This document shows positions 1-11,650 of a stretch of DNA of 64,000 nucleotides, in pieces. The notes beneath the pieces were generated by a model. That model saw only the letters and a list, made by a program, of their open reading frames with translations. It ran no database searches and was not told the origin of the DNA. The first letter of the stretch is position 1. The number at the start of each line of letters is the position of its first letter. The position numbers and the translations under genes are program-made. Source of the DNA: Schmidtea polychroa. Its lineage: Eukaryota. The stretch spans positions 237,834,001 through 237,898,000 of the forward strand of contig CM097885.1 of assembly GCA_044892525.1 (NCBI GenBank), read 5' to 3'.

Positions 1-370
1 TGAGAGCCAAGACGAATCAAAAAGCAATGAGATAGTTACAAAAAAATCGAATTCAGAGGGTACTACTACAAAAAATCGAAGACAGAATCAAAAACAAAAA
101 CCCTACATTAACTGAGGAACAAATTAAAGAAAAAGTGAAAGAGCATTGGTTCAGGAAAAATGAGTGGTTCGAAAAGAAAGAACCACATACCAAAGCTAAA
201 ATAAACATGTTGAGACAAATGCGGAGTGATCAGACGGATCAGGAAGATGAGAAAAGTGAGGTGAGTAGCCTGGGAGTCGAATTATTTCGTCAAGTGAGGA
301 AAACAAAGAACCGAAAACACCTCCAAACAGTGACACACCTCAAAGTAGCGATGAGAGTGAAAATGATGAC

Positions 371-1198
371 ATGAAATCAATGATAGAAAAAGATGATGAG
401 GAGATATTCGAGGAAATTTTTGATACAGTAGCAGAAATACAACGAAATGAGGGCTACATCAACGAGTTAACATACAGAAAATGCTTAAAACTTATAACTC
501 AAGTATACCAGTGTGAAGGAGGTATAATAACGGCAGCATGGAAAGATTTAGCAACAAAATATAAAGAGAAACTAAAGGAAGCAGACCCAGATCAATATCA
601 AGTAAGTATTCAACACCCCGAGATTCAGATACGGACCATTGAATTAAAAGGAACAAATACTGATGAACTGTACAACTGGGTACAGGAAAAGATGGGAACG
701 AGCCATAAAAATAAACAATTATATGTCGATGGCTACAAAGTTAAAATGGGCATACATTTGGTAGATGCGATGATATGGCCAAACGAAACTAACATCTTAA
801 CCTTAGAGAAGACCAGAGATGACGAATCAGTAGCAGAAATGTTCAAGAAAATCCAACAAGTGTTTAACAATGAAGTGGAACCAGAATTGGAAAAGATCGA
901 ACGGAAAATAATGAAAGAAAATCAAATAATCTTGGTCAAACAAGCTATCGATCAGGCAAGGAAATATATTAATAGACTAAGAGAAAGATGGCCACAACTA
1001 ATGAAACAATTTGTCAAAGACGTACGAGACACGGAAATTATGAGATTCGAGGATAAACGAGCGACAGAATTGATATCCAAATACGGAGAATACGAGAGAA
1101 CCAAATGCGAACAAGAAACAATAAAAATAAAGGTGAAGTTGCCAAATGAAGAGAAACAAATAATAGAAGTTATCCCGATTGCCAAGTTGACGAGTTAG
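371..1198 (+). pseudogene. Polyprotein segment with a ubiquitin-like domain and the start of a second one
   Basis: YQVSIQ..RTIELKGTNTDELYNWVQEKMG...QLYVDGYKV..LVDAMIW..NILTL follows the ubiquitin beta-grasp pattern; IKIKVKLPNEEKQIIEV continues by frameshift into the 1198 ORF (IIMYNRHMLERGDRTVIYELGI). Confidence 0.5.
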
Positions 1199-3342
1199 TG
1201 CAAATCATAGATCAAGAGATCATCCAAAAAGCTCGAGAAAATAGTGAGGATGGAATGATCGAAGATGTGATAATAATGTACAACCGGCATATGTTAGAAA
1301 GAGGAGACCGAACTGTAATTTACGAACTAGGAATCTGGGAAGATGGAGCCGTCATCAATAAAATCTCGATGGACGAACCATCTGGTGGACACAAAAACGC
1401 CACCAAAACTGACCAACAAATCAAGAGATTCCAATGGGGAATGAGAGCAAAGATGGATCGAATAATCGATATTTATAACCATTGGCTAAAGGATGATAAA
1501 CTAAAACTAGCAGCCTTCAATGAAGAAGATTGCAAACTGATACCATGGAAAAAAGTGTGGATCGAAAGTGAAGCTCGATGGGATTGGGAGCAGCAAAAGT
1601 TGGAACCAAATTGGATAGATAATATACCAGAAGAAATCGCAGCAGTATGGGTAAGAGAGAAACCGATCGATACTTACCAGGACATATTGCCACAAGAATT
1701 CCCAAATGAGTTACAATCAGGAGAAGATGAGGAGATACGAGAACCGGTAAGGTTAGCACCATTCACGTGGAAAATTGAGAATTGGATGGAAAAGATAAAA
1801 TCAGCAAAGGAAGAGAAAATCACACGATTAGTAAGTCCACCGTTCTACTCAGGATTAGGTGAGTACAAGATGAAATTGCGAATATACCCGAACGGAGATG
1901 GGGTAGGAAAAGGAAGTTATGTGTCGGCATTCTTCATCATCATGGCCGTTTAGCAGAAAAGTAACGATAGCGATCGAACCACTGAAAGATAGCCTTAACG
2001 TACATGAAGAAACAATGAAACCAGACCCAAGAAGCACCTGCTACCAACGACCAACAACATTAGAAAATATCGCTTCTGGGACGTCTAAATTAATACGTCT
2101 AAATTATATTGAGAATGAACAATCAATATTTGTGAAAGACAATGCTATCCAGATCAGAGTAGAAGTTGAAACAGAACAAGAAATGAACCAACGACTGAAC
2201 ATACCAGAAAATCAACCGAGAATCTGTATGATGAGGAGAAGAGTGCCTGATTCAGGACATCTACCAATAGACGCCGACGCAGATGAGGAGGAAGCAGCAA
2301 CATTGTTGGAAGCACAAAAATGTAAGGAATTGATGGAGATATTACAAAACGGTGCGAAAAATCGTCGACGAGCGGTAGTAGAACTAGCAAAATGGATAGC
2401 CGAATCATGCAAAAGGATTCAAAACCTACGAAAAATCGTTAAAGCGATTGAAGAATATCGACGGGTATTCGTATGGTACCCTGAACAATTTGGTGAAATC
2501 ATCCGGAAATGGAAACAACAAGAGTGGGCCGAAAACTCACCTGAGAAATATCAACTAAAAATATTCTTGCCAGATTTTGAACCAATGGAAAAGGAATTCT
2601 ACACAACAGCCAAGGTCAGGGAAGTTAAAAAGAGAATACCTTATGAACTCCCATTCCACTTACAACACGAGGGACGATCATTAGACGACGATATTGAAAT
2701 TGGTGTGACACCACTCCAAGGAGAAATTGTGAACAGATTAACGGTGAGTAAAATTGCAGGTAGAGAATTAAGGAGAAGAGAGATAAAGCAAAAATCATCC
2801 ACCCAACAACCAGGAAGTTTGGACACACCAGAAGTTCCAAATGCGGTTAGTGAGGTAACGATCGAAACAATGGGAGAAGACGAAATACTGGATGAACTAC
2901 AAGAGATAGTAGAAGCAGGCGAGATTATGAGAGCATCGCAATCAGGAGATCTATTTATCGACGAAGGGGAACCGACAACTGATGATTTAGATGGATTTGT
3001 ATGCGCGCAGAGACAACCAGTGGAAACGACGGAAGCCGAGACGGACTTAGATAATGTAGAAAGAGGCGTCAATAAAGATGTAACCACAACCGATGAATGG
3101 AGCAACTGGAGAGTAGATCCAGGAGCGACCACGTCAAAAGATACAACTTACAATCCGCCAAAACGGAAAGAAACCGGAACAGCTATGGATCGATGAACAA
3201 GAGGAAGACTAAAAACAGATAAAGCAGAAGTAGAACCAAAATCCAAAATTCAAGCACAAATGGAACAAGTAAAAACTAAAATGGATAAACTAAGCGCATT
3301 AGTAAAACAAGTCAAAGTGAAAACAAACATCCGGGAACAAGG
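1198..3342 (+). pseudogene. Polyprotein segment: TRAF-type MATH domain (~1760-2170, frameshifted) followed by a ubiquitin-like domain (~2545-2750) and an acidic linker
   Basis: FTWKIENW..SPPFYSGLGEYKMKLRIYPNGDGVGKGSYVSAFF / WPFSRKVTI..YQRPTTLENIASG..FVKDNAIQIRVEVE are TRAF MATH hallmarks; YQLKIFLPD..KVREVKKRI..LQHEGRSLDDD is UBL-like; the frame reads on past the TGA at 3194-3196. Confidence 0.8.
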
Positions 3343-4356
3343 TGTTGAGGTCTGTAAATTAAAATTAAAAAATTTGAATAAAATTTAGGATAATAATTCA
3401 AATGGAAAGTAAGCGAGGAAAAAAGGCAAATAAAAGCGGGATAGTGCACAGAATCAATAGTAAAGGAAAGTGCGATGGAAACAGTATTAGAAAATGCAAA
3501 AAGCAATTACGAAAGGCGAGAATCCGGAAATCCGAGAAAAATCAATAAATGGAAAAATCATCGAAATCGAATGGGAAAAACGGGACAGGTATAGATTAGC
3601 TAATGGTCAACAAGATGATGGTTAGGGATTTATCAGAAAAGGGTTAGGAAGGGTCGAAAAACATTCAAACGTATGAAAACAGAAAACGTTAATTAATTAA
3701 TTAATTGGCTAATGGAAAACCCGAGCTAATGGGAAACCCGAGCAAATGGAGAACCCGAGAGATAAAGGAAACCCGAGCTGGGTAAACAAGAAGAAAGGCA
3801 AACAAAAGGAAGATTTGGGCCCATTAGCTTGACACAATGATTAATGGGAAAAGAGTAAGGAGAAGATAGCGTGCGTAGGAAGACCGGTAGGGCCATTAAT
3901 TATCTGGATTCGTTGGACCATTATGGGTGACAGCCGAAGCAAACACGTAGGAGAAAATGTCAAACGAAAGATTGGCTCGGCAATAACCATTTGTCATCCT
4001 GATTTCGAGGAGTATATAAGCAAAGGGAAAATCAGAGAAAATCGGCATTCTGCCTCAGCTAGGGTTCGAAGAATTAGACTGTAGGAAAAGTGGTAAACGA
4101 ATTAGGGAAGTAGGGAAAAGAAGAAATAGAATTAGGAATACGGAAAGGCAAAAAGGGATCAAACCAAAGAGAAACCGAGGAAAAAGAGAGTCGAGAGAAC
4201 TAAAGGATCAAAAGGTGAATATTGTTTGTTGGCAAAGCATCAACGCCGAGCGGAGAATCGTATCAAACTTTGATTGGTAATTGTAGCGTGATAATAAATT
4301 GTGAACCTGTTGTTTCAATATACGTTGGGTCGTTCATTGTTTTAATTTAAAGAACA
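3343..4356 (+). mobile_element. Solo LTR (~1014 bp) inserted in the giant element's polyprotein
   Basis: Ends TGTT...AACA; flanks CAAGG/CCAGG (4/5 TSD match); TATATAA at ~4013, AATAAA at ~4293; non-coding; excision restores IREQG|VRENRLEII. Confidence 0.7.
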
Positions 4357-4436
4357 CCAGGAGTCAGAGAGAACCGACTTGAAATAATCCAAAACCCAAC
4401 AAAGGGACACGATGGATAAACGACTTATTAGCTAAC

Positions 4437-4830
4437 ATGTTAGCGTTAGCAAATCCAGATGTGAAAAGAGTAATGAGGAAGGATAATATCCCGACCGAAG
4501 CCAAACAATTATGGGCGGTATTGAAACCGATAATAATGAAAATCATGGATAATAAAATTCGGTTAACGTTAAAAGATCCCGTAGAACTCAGATTAATTGT
4601 GGAACATCTATTAAGCAGATCAGAGGACCAAAATCGATATTTAGTGGGATTAGCATATTTAGCATATAACGTTATTGGTCAATATAAAAAACGAATGCCA
4701 AAATATAACGCAACTGGTTATGAATTCACAGTAACCGAAATAATCAAACGATCAATAGAACCATATATACTTGAACAAGGGGGATGGAGAAGCTTCATCG
4801 AATCAACTGGGAAGAAAGATCAAACGGAAA
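4437..4830 (+). CDS. Bcl-2-like domain within the retroelement polyprotein
   Basis: BH2-like IEPYILEQGGWRSFIE preceded at the expected spacing by a degenerate BH1-like helix QNRYLVGLAYLAY. Confidence 0.6.
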
Positions 4831-4913
4831 TGATGCAAGCAAAGTTACGCGATTTGCTAACTGAATTCGAAGGGACAATCAATATGAACGACCCAAGAGC
4901 AAGCCGAAAAAGA

Positions 4914-7084
4914 ATGAATGCCATAATAACCACGATATTGATATGGATGATGTGTATCAAAGGAACGGAGTCATTTGCAGTATACGACTGCGACAACATA
5001 AAAATCCATGAGAAATATTCATTAAAGGATACGGAAGACTGTAAAGCGGCAAACCCAAGAAAACTACAAACAGTCATGGCATCAGTCTCGTATAACGTAT
5101 ATCAAGAAGCAGATTTCATCAAACCATGGTCCAAGAATGTATGGTAACCAGAAAGATATTTGCACATCACTGCGGTTCATCCTCCCACTCAACAATCATA
5201 GAACCGGGATTGGAATCGACGGTAATATTACTATCAAGAGAGGAATGCGAGGAAGGATTCCGATCGGGGAGAATCCACTTAAGGCAAGGGATTGAAATTG
5301 CTGCAGAACCAGGAAAAATAAAAACGACTCGCGTGTATACGGCAGGCAGAATCACTAAAGGAGACGGAACATGTGAGACAGGAACATACACCTTGAACGG
5401 ACAACTGGTTAGTGGAGTGGTTGTAATAGAAAGCTACGAAGCTAAATTAGAAAGGTATCAAGGTTATTTCGACCCTGACACGCAAGCAATGAAGAAATAC
5501 CCAAGCTGTCTCGCATCAGATCGATCATGTTCGACCGGAATGTCAACTCTGGTATACCATGCAGATCAGAAAGTATGTCGACAAATGTTACTCAAGACGG
5601 CAATATTCGGGGAGATCCAAGGGAAAGTGTACAGTGAACCAAAAGGAGAAGCAGAAAGACGAGCAATGGAAGAATTGAGAGCAAGGAAAGGATTCAGGGA
5701 AGACGTAATAACATCGAAATTGGAATCAGAAGTATCACCCACAGCGATAATCTCCAAAGACGATGGAATAGGAATGAGATTCATAAAGAACAAAATGGTG
5801 AGTAAATGCGATGAGATGGTAATCAGCACCAATTATAAAGGAATCTACTTGTCGCGGAGAACTCTAGCAAATGCGGTCGGAAGACTAAGCGAAAAAGATG
5901 TCAAATTATATTTATATGCTAATAATAAGATGGATTTCTTATATCACAGAGGATTAACATCCACGGAAAAAATCTACCATGATCTGTTAAGAAACGATTG
6001 CCTGCTCAACAAAGAAATATTGAGAACGAAATTAGCAATGGCGATTACAAATCCAGATAACACAATCCCGTTACTACCATTACAGGAAGGATATTTCGGA
6101 CGAATTGTAGGCGAAGTGATGTACACCTACCAATGCAAAAAGATAATGGCAAGATTGCCGGAAAACCCTACAATACCAAGGGATAAATGTGCAAACGAAC
6201 TCGAAATCATTCACGAAGGTAAACCCAGGTTTGTGCAAGCAGTCACTAGGATAATGAACCCGGTAGGGTTTCAGCCAAATTTGTTTAATTGCAGTAATGC
6301 ATATGGACCAATGTATGAAAAAGAGGATGGACAATGGGTTCAATTTCCAAGTAAAACAATCGTAGTGACACCCAAGAAATTCGGATTGACGGAACTAACA
6401 ACAGAACTAGAGTTCAAGCCGATAGACGTATCCCAGAGTGGATTATATACACCAAAAGATCTCGAATCAGCAAGAGCCCACCTGTTATTCCCAGCGCAAA
6501 GACAAGCAATCTTATCAAATATAGTGACTATTTCTGGAGGAAATAATTATGGGGAGAGCCCGAACTACGAGCTATTATTATCACCAAGTCACTACCAACA
6601 AGCAACAGCAAACATGATGAAGGCTATGTGGGGTAGATTTTTAGTATTTGGCCAAATGATGGCAGGAATACTCGGAATTATTCTGATAATACAAATAGTC
6701 AGAGTGATGCTAACTCAGATGCTAGCATGTTTTGACATCTATAAGCGCGAGAGAAAAGTAAATTGGAAACTTGCAATTGGATTCTTACCGTTCTTAGCGA
6801 AAACAATGGTGTTGCATGGACACTCAAAGGATATTCATCGAATAAAAAGATTGTTGAAAATATTAACGCAAATGAAAGGGACAGACGAAGAAGTCGGACG
6901 CAAGTTCAAAGTGATAATGAGATTAGAGGCAGAAAGAACCCAAGAGAAAGCGAAAAGAATCGGGAGGTGGAAAAAGTGGATGAACCTCAGACGAGACGAT
7001 GACAGTGATGACAATGATGACTTCGACGACGATGATAACAACCAAGGAGGAGCAATGTTGATAAACAAAAATACAGCCACTTAG
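4914..7084 (+). pseudogene. Envelope fusion glycoprotein, chuvirus G / herpes gB-like (class III), one frameshift at ~5126
   Basis: Signal-like MNAIITTILIWMMCIKGTES then FAVYDC; Cys pattern HHCG/EECEE/G.C.TG/CLASDRSCSTG; NNKMDFLYH, GEVMYTYQC, FVQAVTRI, SGLYT..DL..LLFP.QR motifs; TM FLVFGQMMAGILGIILIIQIV. Confidence 0.8.
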
Positions 7085-7096
7085 GAAAACGAAAAA

Positions 7097-10000
7097 ATGA
7101 GACCATGGGGATCACCATATTTACAGGCACCAACTAATGGACCAATGCGACGACCAGGAACAATGAGAGAACGGATAAGAATGGGAACCGGAAGATTACC
7201 CGTACCGAATATTTACCCAACGGCGTATGAACCAAATTGGGCAGCAATGATCAAGCCAGTTAAAAGTGTGGGGCAAGAGGTGGAGACACGAACGATTGCG
7301 GTGTTACAAACACCAGCCGGACCATCATTAACTACCACGGTCGAAGTAAACGGAATAGAAATGGATGCAATGATCGATACCGGAGCAAACATTTCGGCAA
7401 TAAATATGAATATGCTACCAGGTAGACTATGGCCATGCATTGAGGAGACAACTATGGATGTAATAACATGCAGCAAACAATCCATAGCGGTAGTAGGAAG
7501 AGTATGGTCAACGATTGAATATAAAGGGGTTAAAGTTACGACGTACCTCGCAGTCATTAGACAATTAAGTGTATCATGTATAATTGGAACGGATGTAATG
7601 CCGGAATTGTTGAAAGAAATCGTGATCGATTTGAGTTCCATGAAATTAAAAGATAAAACGGGACAGATATGCACAATGAGAACAGAAGTAAGATGTTCCG
7701 AAAAAATGATAATACCAGCACGTACCCAGACAATATGCTATGTCAAGGTCGATAACGAAGCTAAAGGAGATATGATATTCGAACCAAGTCAAAAATTTGA
7801 AAAAAGAAGAGAGCTACCATTGGCAAGAGAGATCGTCAGTATAAATGAGGATAACGAGATACCCATCAACATCACCAATTTTGACGAGGAAGATAAAGTA
7901 ATCTACGAAAACGAGAGACTTGGGAAACTCACACCAATGATGAACATTGAACTGCCAGAGATGAAAAGTGAAGGAGCAGATGAAAAAGAATTGTGGACCA
8001 TCGATAGCGAACTTCTAAATGAAGACGAAAAGGGACAACTCAGACAACTACTGATTGAGTTTAAAGATATTTTTGCGGCGTCAGATTTAGATTTGGGTAC
8101 CAGCGATGTACCGCAACACATTATACCATTAACAGATGAGACACCCATAACTTTGAGACCATATCGATTAGCCGAAGCACAAAAAACGGTGGCAGAGGAA
8201 GAAGTACAAAAGATGTTAGATGCCGGTGTAATAGAACCTAGTTGCTCACCATGGCAATTTCCAGTAGTAATGGTCAAAAAGAAAGATGGCACCCAGAGAT
8301 TTTGTATTGATTACCGGAGGTTGAATGCAGTAACAAAAAGGGATACATATCCACTGCCAGACATAAACGAAATGTTACAGATGTTGCATGGAGCAGCATA
8401 CTTTACATCTTTAGACCTAAAGAGTGGATACTGGCAAATTAAAGTCAAAGAGGAGGACAGAGAAAAGACAGCCTTTACCATTTGAAAAGATTTATATCAG
8501 TTTTAAAAGATGCCATTTGGATTAACAAACGCACCTGCTTCGTTTCAAAGATGTATGAACTTTGTGACACACGGGATTAAACAATGTATGGTGTATATTG
8601 ATGATCTGTTAATATATTCAGGTACTTTCGAACAACACTTAATCGACATCAGGAACGTATTTGTGAGACTGAAACAATGGAAGTTGAAATTGAAACCGTC
8701 AAAATGCGATTGGGCAAAGGAGAGAGTCACATTTTTAGGACATATTGTGTCGGCAAAAGGAAAGGAACCAGATCCGAGAAACATTGAAAAGATAAAAAAT
8801 TGTCCGATACCAAAGACCGTGACTCAGGTACAGGAATTTCTAGGATTGTGCGGATACTACCGCAAGTTTATCAAAAATTATGCAACTATCGCAAAACCAA
8901 TTCAGGAACTAACGAAAAAGGATACCCCATTCCTGTGGGAAAGAGAGCAGCAAATAGCGTTCGAATCGCTAAGAGATAAATTAATAGCCTCACCTATTCT
9001 AATACATCCAGATTTCAAAAAGCCTTTTCTATTAGCAACCGATGCAAGCGGATATGCATCAGGAGCCGTACTAGGACAATGGGACGAGGAGAAACGAGAA
9101 AGAGTCATCGGATATTATAGCAAGACGTTCAAAAAACACGAGAAGAATTACTCGGTCACAGAAAGAGAAGCCTTAGCAATAATTCAGGCGATAAAACATT
9201 TCAAATATTTATTGTGGGGACACGAGATAATTATTACTACGGATCATCAACCTCTAGTTTGGTTGGGCCAACACAAAGAAGCATCTAGCCGATTAATGAG
9301 ATGGGCAATGCAGTTACAAGAATATTCCCCATACATCAAGTTCAAGTCAGGAAAGGCAAACGCAAATGCAGATTGCATGTCGAGATTTGTATTTGAAGAA
9401 CTCATGGATCATGACGTCAGGCGGATATGCATGATAATCGCGGAAGATATCGATTTTACAAATCTAAAAAACGAACAAAAGGAAGACAGCGAATTGAAAC
9501 TAATAATCGAATTCTTAGATAAAAACGATATGAGAATTTTCAACAACGAGGATCGATTGAAAGAACATATGGAGAAAAATCGTCACAGGTATACGATCGA
9601 GAAAGGATGGCTATTGGTAATGGATGGCGATAAACGATTGATGCGCTTACCGGAGAGTAGACGCAAAGAAATTATGATTCAATATCATGACGGTAAATTG
9701 GCCGGACATATGTCAGCCAAGAAAACAGAAGGAAGACTTAAACAGAAATATTATTGGCCAAATATGAGCGATGACGTGAAGGAATGGATAAAGAACTGTT
9801 TGATATGCGCAACTAGGAAAACAACGGGCAGTAAATTAAAACCGCCCTTGAAACCAATGCCGATACCGCCGGAACCAATGACAATGATCGCAATGGATGT
9901 AGTTGGACCACTACCAGAGACTAACAGTGGAAATGTGTATATATTGGTAATAACTGATTATCTGACCAAGTTCCCCGAAGCATTTGCGATGCCGGACCAA

Positions 10001-10372
10001 AAAGCACGAACGGTTGTAAGGATATTAGTGGAAGAGATCTGCTGCAGATATGGAACACCAAAACAAATCTTAACTGACCAAGGAACTAATTTCATGAGCG
10101 AGATAATAAATGAAGTGACAAATTATTTCAGAATTGCCAAATTGAGAACCTCGCCGTACCACCCGCAAACGAATTGTCAGACAGAAAGATTTAATGGCAT
10201 ACTAATAGACATGATGTCAAATTATGTAAGTAAACATCAAAAGGATTGGGATGAATATATTAAGTTGTGTCTGATGGCTTACCGAATGTCAATACACTCA
10301 GCAACGAAAATGAGTCCGTTTAAACTCATGTACGGAAGAGAATGCAACATGCCGATGGATCTCGAATACTAA
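7097..10372 (+). pseudogene. pol: pol: aspartic protease, dUTPase-like spacer, reverse transcriptase, RNase H, integrase (in-frame stops at 8483-8485, ~8504-8506, 10370-10372)
   Basis: MIDTGA; RFCIDYRRLN, LDLKSGYWQI, MPFGL.NAP, YIDDLL; LATDASG, EREALAI, TDHQPL; HHCC (YHDGKLAGH..CLIC); D-D-E (MDVVGP, TDQGTNF, TERFN). Confidence 0.97.
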
Positions 10373-11650
10373 CCACCAATCTCACAGTATATGGAGATAG
10401 ATGATTATGTGACAAAGTTCAAAGAGAGAATGCAGGAAATATGGAAAACCGCAGGGATGAACATCCGATTCAACCAAGAAAGTTATAAAGAATTACATGA
10501 TAAAAAGAAGAACGTGCAAAACCATCAATTTAAAGTTGGAGATTGGGTTATTATAGAATTACCTGAGTTAATCCCAGGAACAGCAAAGAAATTACAACGT
10601 AATGGCAGAGGACCATATGAAATCATCTATGTAAACGAGAACAACGCTCGAGTAAAGTTGGTTAACAATCCACTAATTAGACCCATATACGTGAATACAT
10701 GTCGATGTAAAGCAGTAGCTAAAACTGCCACTAAAGACCCAGAAACAAGGAAGATAATCACGAGATCACAAACAAATGCCACAACAGAACCAGAAGTAAG
10801 CGGTAGATTAACTAGATCACAGACAAGACGGATATTCATGTTGAGGGGAGAAACAAGCAGCAGCGCCAATAACGGAACCGGAGCAGAATGCGAAGCTGAC
10901 GCAATGGCAAGGAGTCAAGCGACATGGAATATGACAGTAAAAATAGCACGAGAAATTGTACCAGAATGGGCTGATATAACCAATAAATACCAAGTATTAG
11001 GCAAACTAATGATAGTAGCAGAAAGATATGCGAAAGGACGAAAATATGCCGAAGGATTACAAGTACCGGTCCAAATATATGAACTAATCCGGAGATTACC
11101 AATCATGTTCCTAACAAGTGATTTGAGTAATAACTGGCCAATCCATCATGCAGTGAAAGCAGGACAAGAAAAGCGAGCATTAGAGATTATACGAATAATG
11201 GAAAACTGCAAACAATCAACAAACGTCAAAAACAGTAAAGGAAAAACTCCACTGATGAAAGCCATAGCAATAGGCGCATCAAGGGAAGTACTCAGAGAAT
11301 TATTGAGAACGGGATCCACGTTGAAAGAAAAAGATAACAAACAACGAACCATTTTACGTTATGCCGTCAGGTCAAAAAGACCTAGTATACTAAACTTTAT
11401 CACGGAAATGCAACAGCTGAAGAGGCCGAGGTGTTGGGACAGAGGTGGAACCAATTTTGAAAGCCATCAGGGGAAACTTAGACAGAACCGCAGCAATGTT
11501 GATCAAATGGAAACAAAACGAATTAAAAGCGGAAGTAATTGACATAAATCAATTCCAAAACAACGAAAATATCGTACTAAGAAACGCCATATACTCAAGA
11601 TCGCCAATGCCAAAAACCATTAAAACAATATTACAAAGAAATAGAACAGA
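10373..11650 (+). pseudogene. Integrase C-terminus (GPY motif) fused to ankyrin repeats
   Basis: In frame with integrase; GPYEII; NWPIHHAVKAG, NVKNSKGKTPLMKAIAIG..VLRELLRTG, KDNKQRTILRYAV; frameshift near 11445. Confidence 0.8.
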
